A DNA stretch of 64,000 bases from Squalus acanthias (taxonomy: Eukaryota). Positions within the stretch are counted from its first letter, which is position 1, and each line of letters starts with the position of its first letter. The notes under the pieces are model-generated. The model had not been told where the DNA came from and did not search any database. It saw nothing but the letters and a program-made list of their open reading frames with translations. This document shows positions 51,991 through 64,000 of this stretch, in pieces. The stretch is from positions 25,730,001-25,794,000 of the forward strand of contig CM059448.1 in NCBI GenBank assembly GCA_030390025.1, in the 5' to 3' direction. Position numbers and translations under genes: made by a program.

Positions 51991-54658
51991 CACAAAGAAC
52001 AGAAAAGATTGGTGGGGGGGAGTCTCATTAGCAGAGACTATTACATGGAGAAAGAAATGTGTTCCTTTATACATGTAAAGGAGCCCCAGCCACATGGTGC
52101 TGCCTGAGAATTGTAATCTCCCACGTTGGAGGTAGACTCCTGCGGATTCACATTTTGTTTGTTTACATGAGGGCCTTTACGTCGGGTCTCTGAACAAGAA
52201 AGCACAGATTTTCCGATGAGTATACTTTTGACGCTGGCAGGAGCCCATTTAAAATAAATGAGTTACTGTAGTTAAAATATCACTGATTGGAAAAGCTTGG
52301 CTGCAGTCAGCTGGCCAGTGGAGATTGTGGGATATGGCGGGAGGAAGAGTCCAGGGTACTCAAAGGCCCCGCGGGGTGCACCGTGCTATTTGTGGAAGGT
52401 GATGTTGTCGCAGCTGAGTTAATAGGTAATTTTGAGATTGTTGTGCGAATATCTTCTGTGCTTGCTATGTGATGGATGTTAGTTTTACAACAGAGTGTGT
52501 GGTGGGGTGAGGAACAGCTTTGGTGGCTGTATATCTGGAATGCGATTTTTTGTTGTTGTTTGTTTTTGTTTTATTTTAGTGGGACCTAATTGAGGCAGCA
52601 ATTGAAACAGGCGAGGTGGGATTTTGCAGAATGTGACCAGCAAAAAATAGAAAATAGTCAAAATGGCTAATTGGCAAGGAGAAAAATACAGTCATCTTCA
52701 GTGAGAAGAAGAAAATTGATAAACAGCTTTGACGGACATAATGTAGATGACAAACGTGACAGACACACAAAAATGTTACTGTAAAGTGCGGTATTTTAAC
52801 TTAGACAAAAGTTAAACTAGTGTTTGGCTCAAAGGCTTGAATGCTATTACCTGGAGGCCGATCACTTTTCCTTGTTAAAAGGTGATCCAGAGATTCCAGG
52901 TCCAGACTCTTCCATCCTCTCATCTGAAGGAACATTGGTTGCATTGAAAAGTCTTAAGGGGAGAAAGGGGGGGAAAAAACAAAAAAGAAATGCCTTCAGG
53001 AAGAGATGACTTTTACTACATTCAGTTGCTTCAGTGCATTTACCATGGAGCTTTTCATCCTGGTGTGAAACGTGGCTGAACTGTTCAACCAGCTGAAACT
53101 CCCCACAGAGTTCATTCTGTCAGACCTGCGAGGAAGAGAGTCTACTGAATGTGTTTGTTAAATGGCGAAAGTAGGGGTCTGATGATGGCTCTCCACAGGG
53201 ATTGGAGATGGCACAGGACTTCAAAGCCTGCAGACATCCAGATCTGGGAGGTCTTTTTTTCAGGTCAAACCCCACAGGCTCTGGGGGAGTTGGGGGGAGG
53301 GAGGTGGTTCTGGTTGTATTTCACAGAGATTGGACAAGTAACGACTTGTTTTCTCTGCAGTAACTGCCCCTTGGAGGGAGATGTGAGTAGAGGTTTAGTA
53401 CGTGGAAGGGAGATTTTAACCTGCTCTGCAGAACAGAAGACGAATGTGGAAACCTCACCAAGTTGAAGCAGGCCTTTACAGAATGTTTTAACCCATCGTT
53501 CACCAGTGTGTTTGCTGACTATTTTGCAAAACATTGCTTTCTTTATGAAGGCAAGGATTGTGAACTAGGGAGGAAACTGTTGAGGAATATTTACCAATTA
53601 ATAGCCTTCTGTATAAAATGAATTTTTGTAGGGTGCAGAAATAAGGAATTTCCCATTTTTGTGCAGGAATTTCTGGATCAATATAAATCTGGCTTTTTTC
53701 CTGTTCCTGAAAACTCTTGTGTAACCAAGAGTTTTTACAGTAACATAAGAAAACAAAAGTCAGATTTCTTAAACTGAACTGACTTCAGCCTCCTTCACCT
53801 GAACTCCTGAACAAGCTGAGCACCCATTCTATAACTCTTGGGATAATCTTGAATTTAAGTACCTCACAGGATCTGGGCACAGAAAAGATGTGAGTACTTT
53901 TGTGCCTTTGGAATCTTGACATCAGAAGATGCTTTCCCCCTTGTCCTAAAGCAAAAGTGAGATTATGAACCATTAGTAATTGTGTTTTGATTGTATTGAA
54001 AGATCTGCACTGAACTGAACCAATCTAAAATATAGTGCACGTCCCCACAGGGGCTCCAACCTAATTTTTACTGAGATTTGGGTTATCTGAACCCAGCCAC
54101 GCTGCACAAAACTAATTAACTGTAGCATTATTTAATGGGGCATGTCTATTTTCTAGCTCCCTAACGTTTTTATCTAAAAGCTGCAAATTATGCATTGTCC
54201 CTCTGAACATCCAAACATGTGGCCTAGCTCAGTTTGCAATTCCTGCGGTCTGACTGATCCTTCATCTCATTGATCTTCATGGGATTTTGCTGCATGCAAA
54301 GAGGCTGCTGTGTTTGCCCGTATAACAACAGTTACTGCACTTTAAAATAATTCATTGCAGGCGAAGTGCTTTGAGGATGCTGTAAATGTAAGTTCTTTCC
54401 GGCAGGGCATACTTTCATTTTTTTTTTAAATTAAGCTACTCCTTAATTCATTTAATCCTAATAGGAAAATTCCCGCTTAGAGTTTAATTTTGAGGATTAA
54501 AATGAAAAATCAGGAGGCTCAAAAATGTCATTAGCAATTATCAGAAGAACATTTCAGAACAGAGTTATGGTTTTATTGTGAGTCCTTGATGTTAATGGGG
54601 GAGCTTGTTTAGCGACAGTGTTGACAGTGCTGGTACATCCAGTCTGTTATGATTTTAT

Positions 54659-55126
54659 GTCAGCTGTGGCTCAGTGGGTAGCACACTCGCCTCTGAGTCA
54701 GAAGGTTGTGGGTTCAAGTCCCACTCCAGAGACTTGAGCACATAAAGCTAGGCTGACACGCCAGTGCAGCGCCGAGGGAGTGCTGTACTGTTGGAGCTGC
54801 CGTCTTTCGGATGAGACGTTAAACCGAGGCCCCGTCTGCTCTCTCAGGTGGACGTAAAAGATCCCATGGCACTATTTCAAAGAAGAGTAGGGGAGTTATC
54901 CCCGGTGTCCTGGCCAATATTTATCCCTCAATCAACATCACTAAAACAGATTATCTGGTCATTATCACAGTGCTGTTTGTGGGAGCTTGCTGTGCGCAAA
55001 TTGGCTGCCGCGTTTCCCACATTACAACAGTGACTCCACTTCAGAAGTACTTCATCGGCTGTGAAGCGCTTTGAGACATCCGGTGGTCGTGAAAGGCGCT
55101 ATATAAATGCAAGTCTTTCTTTCTTT
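54659..55126 (+). mobile_element. Full-length Deu-domain tRNA SINE (SacSINE1-like)
   Basis: A box (gtggctcagtggg), B box (gggttcaagtccc), central Deu-like domain, L2-type tail gtgaaaggcgctatataaatgcaagtctttctttc. Confidence 0.92.
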
Positions 55127-55689
55127 GCTAAAACAGTCTCAGAAATGGGACTTGCATGTAAAACGCAGATTTGTGAAAAAAAATTCGAATTGCGAGTTCT
55201 CGCAACAATATTTTTTTAACTGGCCTTGGATTCGACCTTGGAAGCTGCCATCTTCAATTAGTTACTTTTGTGAGCAACAAGAATCTCATGAGCTGCATGT
55301 TTGTCAGCAGAGATTCTTCCTCCAAGCCGGTAATCCCGGTTGACTTTGCTCCTTTTAAAAGTATTGTTGAGGGGAAAATAGTGAAATAACTGCATTAGAT
55401 TTCAGTGACTGCTTCTTGGAGGCATTTTTCGAATGTCCTCACAGAACACCTATTGGACTCCATCAAACTTCCTGTCTGTCAGCTGCACTGACCTGTCGAC
55501 TAGAACATGAAATCAGTTGAGTGTAGCATGAGGCTGTTTATACTTCAGATAGGTTCCAAACCAAAAGAACGGCTGATGGATATCTTCCATGCAGCCCAAC
55601 TTTTTCAGGCCTGAGCAGTCCAATTTCCACCAATACTTGTATTTTTGTCCAGTTTCCTCCGGTTGTCACCTTTCTTTTCTTGAAGACAC

Positions 55690-56135
55690 TGATCACTGGC
55701 AGAACATTTGATCGGCAGTCCATCCACCAACTTAAAAATTCACTCCCTCCACCCCCGTCGTACCGTGGCTACAGTTTGTGCTATCTACAGCATGCACTGC
55801 AGGAACTCGCCAGGGCTTATTCCACAGCACCTCCCAAACCCGCAACCTCCACCACCTAGAAGGACAAGGGCAGCAAGCGCATGGGAACACCATCACCTCC
55901 AAGTTCTCCTCCAAGTCACACACCATCCTGTCTTGGATATATATCGCCTTTCCATCATCGTCGCTGGGTCAAAATCCTGGAACTCCCTCCCTAACAGCAC
56001 TGTGGGAGTACCTTCACCACACAGACTGCAGCGGTTGAAGAAGGCGGCTCACCGCCACCTTCTCAAGATAACTAGGGGCGGGCAATGAATGCTGGCCTCG
56101 CCAGTGACGTGCAAATCCTGCGAATGAATTTTAAA
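55690..56135 (+). mobile_element. CR1-group (Zenon-like) LINE 3' fragment
   Basis: IGSPSTNLKIHSLHPRRTVATVCAIYSMHCRNSP...SKSWNSLPNSTVGVPSPHRLQRLKKAAHRHLLK. Confidence 0.82.
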
Positions 56136-56387
56136 AAAACACCATCCAAATAACAGTTGAGAAACTGGATTGAACAGTTCTTCACTGATATAGTTCTATC
56201 GGACATATTTTACTATGTCAAGCAGTCAGTAGCTCAATTGCCGAGGTGCAGAGAATTGAACAATATTACAGATTTTATAATAAGATACTCTCAGAAATGG
56301 GGTCTTCGTGTAAAATACAGTCTTGTGAAGATATTGCTAATTGTATTTTCAAAATAATGCTGGTATTAAAGAGAATGCTGGCTCATT

Positions 56388-57288
56388 AGCCTCGATATTA
56401 ATCCCCTGCGGGGGGGGGGGGGCGAGTGTTTAAAGAGTTAAATACGGGGAACGCGTCCCCAACATGCCACACGTGTGCTTGCCAGGTTTCCTGCCGTGGA
56501 GAGCAACACTTCATTAAGATATTTAAATCGGGCAGTGCAATTCAGAGCCCGATATAAAATTCACTGCTGCTGCACAGGTTTCCCAGGGGTTGGGAAACGC
56601 GGCAGTGAAAGGTAGGCCGGAGCTGCCAGCTCCACAGGTTAAGTACCTCTTTTAGCACTCCTTGTGGGCCAGGAGGAGCAGGAGTGCTCCCCCCCACCCA
56701 CCCCCCAGGCCTCTCGAGTATGCCTTCGGCCTTCCACCTCCTGATGGCGGGGCTCTTCCCTCCCCGCCCCCCCAATCACCAATCGCGGGTCTCTCCCCTG
56801 CCCGCCGCCCTCACCCCATTAGCCCCGATCACGGGCCACACCTCCCCCCAACCCCAATCACAAGCCACTGCCCCCAGCCCCGATTTGCGGGCCACTCCCC
56901 AACCCTGATCACAGGCCTCTTTTCCTCCCAACACCAGCCCCGAACTCCCCCTCTTTCCCCCCCCCCCCCCACTCCCCCCGGCCCAAGTCCCAATCACGGG
57001 CCACTCCCCCAGCCCCGACTGCAGGCATCTTCCCCCTACCCGATTGTGGGCCTGATTGCCGAGGACGGTCCCCAAGGATCCCTGGCTGCGGCCTCCAGCT
57101 GCTGGTGTCCTCTCCCGCCCGACGGCCAGGCTGTCCGTTTGGCCAGCGGACAGGGCGGGGGTGGAAACAGAGCTAAAAAATGGTAATAAGGTCCTGCTGT
57201 TAAGTTCGGTAGGACGTCCACATTCCCAACCTTGCCGGCTTCTTCGGCTGTTTTTGGCCTCACCCCCGTCACTGTATATATTGGGGCC
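56388..57288. mobile_element. PIF/Harbinger-like MITE
   Basis: Degenerate TIRs agcctcgatat / atattggggcc, a C-rich core, and an internal motif shared with 26541-27245. Confidence 0.7.
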
Positions 57289-58081
57289 AATATGTCTGTC
57301 AATGCACAATTAACACTGCAGTATTTCGCTTTTGTAACACCTAATCAAGTAGTTTTAAAAGAGCTTAACAAAACGTTTTCCGTAAATCTCACAAGAACTT
57401 ACATAAGAAAACATTGCACGGATGCTCAAAATGAACAATCTTGTTTGATTCAAATGCTGATTACTGGGCCAAAATTTATTTGAGTGTTTTTACAGGTAGG
57501 TTTAAAAGAAATATTTCACAAAATCATTCTCTAACTTCTAATTGATTTGTTTGCAATTACACCATTATATGTATTTTGTCATGAAAGTTAATTTTAAAAC
57601 CATGATTTTTAGATATATCAATAATGCAAAGATGAGGTGGATAGTGTAGATCACTAATTTTAAAAATAAAATATTGATTTCATGAAAAGTTCCCCTAAAT
57701 ATGTGATGTATTTTCAGACTGTATTGATTTCCCAGACTAATCAGCTTGCAATGGCCATCCAATAATTTGCGCTTTACAGATTTCCCGTGGCTGTGTATTT
57801 TGTTCTTGTTTTGATCTTCGAATGTATTCGATCAGTATTTTTCTTGAGCTGCAGAATTGTGCAGTAACTTTCTTGTCCTTCTCCTCGCTTCCAAATGGGG
57901 AGTTGTATGTTTCGAAGCGTTTTCTCCATGTCCCGAGAAAGATTGCATCCTTCATTTGAAAGTCAGTTGTAGTAACGCGTTCAATGTTACTTTCAGAGCT
58001 TGTTGCTCGTGAATCTTTTTTGTGCTCTTGATGGCCAGGGGTTGCTCTAGAACAGTCGGGAGGGGGAATCTTGCACTGATC

Positions 58082-58538
58082 CGTTCGCCCGTCACCCCTG
58101 TGCTGACTGACATACATTGGCTCCCAGTCCGGCAACACCTCGATTCTTAAAAAAAATTCTCATCCTTATTTTCGAATCCCTCTATGGCCTTGCCTCTCTC
58201 GATCTGTAACCTCCTCCAGCCCGACAACTCTCCGAGATCACGGGACTCCTTCAATTCTGGCCTCTTACGCATCCTCGATTTTCATCGCTCCACCATTGGC
58301 GGACGTGCCTTTAGCTGCCTAGGCTCTAAGCTCTAGAATTCCCTCCTTAAACCTCTCCGCCTCTTTACGTCACCTCCTTTAAGCTCCCTAAAACCTACCT
58401 CTTTGAGCAAGTTTTTGGTCACCTGTTCTAATAGCTCCTTACATGGCTCAGTGGCAAATTTTAGTCAGAATACGCTCCTGTGAAGCACTTTGGGAGGTTT
58501 TACTATGATAAAGGTACTATATAAATGCAAGTTGTTGT
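58082..58538 (+). mobile_element. L2 3' fragment
   Basis: Homologous to 12460-12925, with tail ataaatgcaagttgttgt. Confidence 0.85.
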
Positions 58539-58971
58539 GTGTCTCCAGCTTAGGGAAAGGACACTGAAGCCGATTGTAGAATCGCCACTGCAGCCTCAAC
58601 ACAGAGCAAGGATTAAACCAGGGGACCTTCCCAGTGTCTATTGCTGAGGTTTTTTTGTTCTTCCTTTTCAAATCTTAAGGCCGTGCACCATATTTTATCT
58701 TCTGCATCGCAGTTTGGCTGCAATTGTGAAATTGCTGTGTGTAGGGAATTGCAAATGTAAACTTGCATCTTGGGGTTGTTTTCTCTTTCAAAAGATTCAA
58801 TGCGACTACCAAAATATCCCATTTGAGAGGAGCCAATATGCTTCAGAGCAGAACAGAAACCAACTAAATCAACGGTCAATAATGCATATCATTCATTTGT
58901 AACTTTAAAGGCAATCATTAATCCTCCTGTGATTAATGAACTCATGAGCAGTTCTCAATCCTCCCTTTCAT

Positions 58972-59200
58972 ACAAAGGATGGTAGAAATTTGGAACTCTC
59001 TCCCCCCAAAAGGCTGTGGATGCTGGGTCAATTGGAGCTTTCAAGACTGAGATCGATAGATTTTTGTTAGGTAAGGGTATCCAGGGATGTGGAGCAGAGG
59101 CAGGAAAATGGAGTTGAGATGTAGATCAGTCACGATCTAATTGAATGGGGGAGCAGGCCCAAAAGGCTGAATGGCCTAGTTCTGTTCCTAATGTTCCTTA
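58972..59200 (+). mobile_element. CR1 3' end
   Basis: ggaactctctcccccc..ttcaagactgagatcgatagatt..gaatggcctagttctgttcc. Confidence 0.82.
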
Positions 59201-59269
59201 TCCACTTCACTCACTTCATATATAAATGGGGGAGTACACAAGATTTAAAGTAAATGTTACTGGAAGGCC

Positions 59270-59832
59270 TTGGGTTCAGTGCTGGAGGTGACCTACTACC
59301 GTTGGCCTCCTGAGATGGGGGAAGGGAAAACGTAAACAAGAGTTCCAACTCCTAATCTCTTCAGGCTTGGGTTCAGCTGTGATGCCCACCGTGAGAAGCA
59401 GCCTGCTGTCACTCACTGTCTAGCATCACACAAACAGAATGGTCACTTGGATGAGGTACCATAAGGCTGCTGTTGCTCATGTAATCATGTTTCTGCGCAA
59501 CGGGGCCCTTTAGTACGGCAAGAGAAGGCCAGCTGCTTGTAGCTTCAAATTCTGAGTACAATAACTCCTATTTACGCAAACTACTGACCTGATAACGAAC
59601 CCGGGGCACCAACCCTTGCTGGAAGTGTGCTTGTGTCGACGCCAGGTGGGGGGGACAGGATCCAGACTGCTGTAATCCCCTTCCCTCGGTTGAATAAACG
59701 GTTGACACTTTTTTAAAGGTCACAGATGAAGATGACCCACTTAGTCAAGGTAGCAGAGGGAGGCGGGCACCCATAGAACCATTGACCAGCAAGAACTCTA
59801 GCACCTTCAGGAGAGGAAGAAAGGGGGGAAAT
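59270..59832 (+). mobile_element. Ancient tRNA-SINE-like repeat, two partial tandem copies
   Basis: The motif cacttgg..aggtacc..agg occurs twice (about 59444 and 59738). It ends caccttcaggagaggaaga..aaattg, like 9170-9202. Confidence 0.55.
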
Positions 59833-61825
59833 TGCCAGCAGAAAATACAACGTTAAGATTAAGATGATTGCATACAAAACAAACCAAAACAGAGCTGCAT
59901 TATCAGGTAGTTACACAGGCATGGGTTGGTGCTTGGCGCAGACTCCGTTGAAGGGTTGACAGCAATGACACTTTGATTTGAGTACGATGGTACTGTGCAA
60001 AACCAAGACATAGATGAAATTAGGCATTGTGTCAGTGAGTAGCGTTTCTATTAGACTTTCTCTGTTTAAAAAAAAAGGAACCAGATTTATATTGCCACCC
60101 AGTCAATTGCGCATGTAATTGAACACTATTCACAACAGCTTTAATATTCCTTTAGCTTTAACCTTCAGAAGCCATTCTAGCTTCCTGTTAAGCTGTCATG
60201 AGTCCAATAATTAGCATGTGAGTTTGAGTTTGAGCTGCGTCTGGCTAGCTCATTCCCTGCCTCAGTCTTTCATGTACGGACACGCATGGGGGGAGCTGGG
60301 GTCACCCCTTTTTCTTCTCTTTCATACATACATTCAGACTGACAGATTAATTTATGGCGGGTTACGTGTTTCAGGAGTAAAAAAAAAACCGAGGGTGCTG
60401 TCAGATTTGCTTGTTGGAAAATTAGATTAAATGCCGTTGTCATTTGCAAAGGATTGCAGTGTTCAAGCGATAAGGTTACATTTAATGAGAGGAAAGAGCC
60501 TCCTTGCAGGGGGATGATGATTTTCTTGTGTCAGGCTGGTGCTTTATCACAGAACCTGATACTGCTGCACCCTGGCAGCTGCTGATAATGGATGATCAAG
60601 AACACGGTACCACTTCAATCGCCACACTGCCCTAAGTGACAACTTCTCGCCCATTTGAACTGCAGGGACTGGGAAATAATTAGCAGCTAACATGTGTCTT
60701 GCAAGTGGCAGCACATCATCCCGCTGCCTAGCTCTTCCCCTGCTCCTGCCCTCCTGCCAGGGCAGCTCGCTCTCTGCCTCACTGAATGCTCTGGTTCCCA
60801 GGATTGAGTTTCCCGCATGAATGGAATGACTTCTGCAGGTGGGAGCGATGGACTCAGAGCAGCAGGGATGGCAGGAGAGGGGGCTTGAGCTGTGATGAAA
60901 AGTCTTGCGCAAAATAAAAGCTTGGCAGCTGGAAGTCCCTGTCCCTCGTGTTTAGCGTTCCTCTTCAGAATGTCCGTCATTTAAAAATAAGTACAATATT
61001 ATACTGAGGAACTGAGCGTGACCGCCTGAGGAATCTTGAGTTTATAATTTATTTTGAGCATCTTTAGTTTCATATTCAAACTTGATTACTATTTTTGAAA
61101 TTTTTATAATTTATAATTTTCAATAATTTGTCTCTTTTGAACCATGCTTTATTTTTCCAAAGGGACCACAGTTGATGCTGATGAGGTGATCCTGTGGCAC
61201 TGGGTTAGGTTAAAGGTTTAAGTTGGATGGTGGGGGGGGGGGTCGAAACAAAAACTGAAGTCTGTGTAGACATGCCTTGCAGCTTGCTTTGTGACTTTCA
61301 TGCATAAAATATGTGCAGCTGATTGCAAATCAAAATAAGTTGGATTTTTTCAAAAAAGAAACGATTTTTTATTTGTAACAATGTGAGATAGAGGAAGTGG
61401 TTAAGTCTGTGCCAAATAAGGTAGAAAATGGTGGAGCTTGCATCTCTGGCGTGGAATGTTGAGCTGGACGACGAGGTGTCCAAGTCCAGAATGTTACAAC
61501 AGTTTGTGGAGCTATCTCGTCAAACAAAAATGGCGGCTGGCAGAGTACAAGCTGCAGTAGCTAGTTAAAAACCTGTAACAAAATCCTATTTGTTACACTC
61601 CATATTTGAGTATTGGTTTTCAGCATGTAGTTCAGAGATGTACATATAAGATTATCTTAAGGTGTAACCTTCAAATGCAGTTTTTAAAAAAAAATACTCT
61701 GGCTCTATCTTGTGGAGGGTTGAAGTAACTACATTGATAAATTCTTCCATTAATTTTCTCTTGAACTGTAATGTTACTAAATAATTTTTTGTCAAAATAT
61801 AACTTTCTTTTTTGTTCTCCTCTAG

Positions 61826-61874
61826 GTTTCGGATGCCACTTCGGAGAAACTTTTCAATACTACCACAAGTAAAG
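61826..61874 (+). CDS. Internal coding exon (49 nt, phase 0 to 1) of an AUTS2-family gene (AUTS2/FBRSL1/FBRS); peptide VSDATSEKLFNTTTSK
   Basis: Strong acceptor tttcttttttgttctcctctag|, donor AAG|gtaggc. The peptide resembles the recalled AUTS2 ASDASSEKLFNTVIVNK, FBRSL1 ASVGSEKLF and FBRS VSD...TSK exons. The paralogue cannot be settled from 16 aa. Confidence 0.85.
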
Positions 61875-63229
61875 GTAGGCCTCGTCAGTTGTCTCCTGAA
61901 CAGGGCTACTGACCTTAAGCCATATGCGAAGTGGCACTTTTAAGCTGCTAATTGCGGAGAAAAGCATTCAGATTTGAGTATTCTCATTTTGGTTTGCAGC
62001 CAGTATAAAAGAGGGCAACCAGTGAATCAACATTCCTACTTCGTTGCTGGTAACTAGGGTGAAGGGCTCTCAAGTTGTAGAAGCAAAGGATGATTGATGA
62101 ACAAAAGGCCTTTCCTCTTGCCCCTGCTTTCTTTCTGGATTTGAATGTATTTCCCACATTCTCATCTTTGTTTACTCATACAGTTTGATTTGTGGCATCC
62201 ATTTAGTTGTGAATAGCCATGCTTGACAGAGATTCTTTATCCTACTGCAGTTTTTTGAGGTGACTTAGTTCCTGTGAAAGGATTAAGGTTTCTTTGTGTG
62301 GCCTTAAATCAACAGCAGCTTTTTATATAAAAAAACATTGCCAGGAAACACAACACAAATAGCCCTTTGGTATATTTCCCTCTGCCCTTATTTCCATGAA
62401 AATAACCTTTTTTTCTCTCGTCATGAGTGTTTTCCTCATGTCATATGTTAATTTGTGTTGCCAGCACGAGTACCAAGAGATAAATGCAAATGCAGGTGTT
62501 GGAAGCTTGGGCTCTTGGTATTTTTATTGGGAGTGGGGAGATTAACGAAAGCACAGCAACTGTTTTGTTCTAGGGAACTTGTATTCACTCTCCTAAGCAT
62601 TGAAGAAATCCCATTTGAAAGGAGTCTTATTGTAAAGAAATAGTCTAAATATTTGCTTCGAGGCAGGTGCGTGGGGCAACAATATTTTTGTAGTTGGGGT
62701 CATTTTCTAAGATATACATAGTGTTTAAACTTTATTTCTTGCTAATGTTGTCAGGAATGCTTTCTTGTACTGGCTACTGTTTGTTTAAAGGTGTTTATAC
62801 CTAACTGGCATCAAATTGTCAGACATCTGTGACTCCATGCAGATGTGTATGAAATATATTATGATGATGTACTCACTTTGAAATGCTTGAGTGAAAAAAT
62901 GACTTAATTTCACAAATGAGTGCAGTTGACCTGAATTCAGAGTTAGAATATGTGGAACTAATTATATAATATTTTATGTTACGTTCATTGCTGCTTTACA
63001 GCTCTCCCCATTTTTATAATTACCCACTTCCTTTTAGTTTCACTGTGCCCAGTATCGAAAATATATCAAGTCGGGAACCAAAGAGGACAATGTTTATAAA
63101 TTGAAGTTCTGTACCTGGATACTTCTCCACTGAGGGTGGTGCTTCCTGAATAATTGCTTGTGCCTGCTCCGCACTAGTCATTGTTACAGCGATAAGTTAA
63201 TAGATACTGGAATCTCAATCCGAGTTCTA

Positions 63230-64000
63230 TATTAGCTCAGTAATTCATCATCTCTGCTGAAGGCAGCGACTCATTACATGGCTGCCCTCTGGAGCCTTGT
63301 CCAAGTGAAAGTTCAGGTGTGAGCCTGAACAGAGAGTGTCGGTCGGCTATTCAGCTGCAGGGAACACCTCAGCCCAAACAAATCCACTGTCAGCTGTGGC
63401 TCAGTTCTTGCCTCTGAGTCAGAACGTTGTGGGTTCAAGTCTCACTCCAGAGACTTGACCACAAAATCTAGGCTGACACTCCAGCTGAGGGAGTGCTGCA
63501 CTATCAAGGGTGCCGTCATTCAGTGAGACGTTAAACCGAGGCTCCGTCTGCCCTCTCTTCAAAGTTCCCATGGCACTATTTCGAAGAAGAACAGGGGAGC
63601 TCTGCCCGGTGTCCTGGCCAATATTTATCCCTCAGCCAACATCACTAATACAGATTATCTGGTCATTGTCACACTGCTGTTTGTGAAGCCTTGCTGTGTG
63701 CAGATTGGCTGCCGTGTTTCCTACATTACAACAGCGACTATATTTCAAAAGTACTTCATTGACTGTAAAGTGCTTTGGGATGTCCTGAGGTCGTGAAAGG
63801 CGATATATAAGTGCAAGTCTTTCTTTTTACTCAATGGATACCTACAAGTGCATTCTTCCAGCAGGGGGTCACTAGACGGCTAATCGCGAATGGGAACTCT
63901 GGGTTGTTCTATTACACCTAGCTGAGAACACTTAAGCTAATTGTTGTGCCCTCGCACTGCCCTGGCTGAGCTCAATTAGCTTAGCACGGCAGAAGATTTA
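63230..64000 (-). mobile_element. Ancient tRNA-SINE-like repeat interrupted by a Deu-SINE
   Basis: Reverse-complement family motifs at 63230-63387 continue at 63830-64000 (ttccagcagggggtcactagacgg). Confidence 0.55.
63388..63828 (+). mobile_element. Deu-domain tRNA SINE (SacSINE1-like)
   Basis: Near-full-length homologue of 54659-55126. Confidence 0.9.

Noticed and set aside
54659-54730. tRNA gene
   Set aside because: The A/B boxes are the head of a Deu-SINE and continue into the SINE body.
57486-57501. Recursive splice site tttttacag|gtaggt
   Set aside because: The pyrimidine tract is short, and such a match is expected by chance in 64 kb.
1-64000. CRISPR array, operon or prokaryotic defence system
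   Set aside because: No repeat-spacer arrays or gene-dense coding. The sequence is vertebrate intronic DNA.

Overview
Vertebrate (not prokaryotic) genomic DNA, most likely from a cartilaginous fish (shark). The evidence is its repeat set: an HE1-type V-SINE, SacSINE1-like Deu-SINEs, HER1/CR1 and L2 LINEs and Penelope elements. Nearly the whole window reads as one very long intron. The only convincing coding sequence is a 49-nt, + strand exon at 61826-61874 (VSDATSEKLFNTTTSK), which matches the 'SEKLF' exon of the AUTS2/FBRSL1/FBRS family. The other ORFs in the track are transposon fragments, low-complexity repeats or noise. The most notable structure is a young Penelope-like insertion (3400-4088). 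It has a 243-bp near-perfect inverted repeat, a GIY-YIG C-terminal remnant and a target-site duplication. It also carries a minimal hammerhead ribozyme on each strand, and the antisense copy reads as a recursive-splice-like motif. Also present are several PIF/Harbinger-like MITEs, a hAT MITE nested in an L2, a candidate internal promoter/first exon (about 13.5-14.4 kb), a possible antisense spliced relic, and several CNE-like blocks. I find no evidence for a wholly new multi-gene system. Family names and protein comparisons come from memory, not database searches, and repeat boundaries are approximate.
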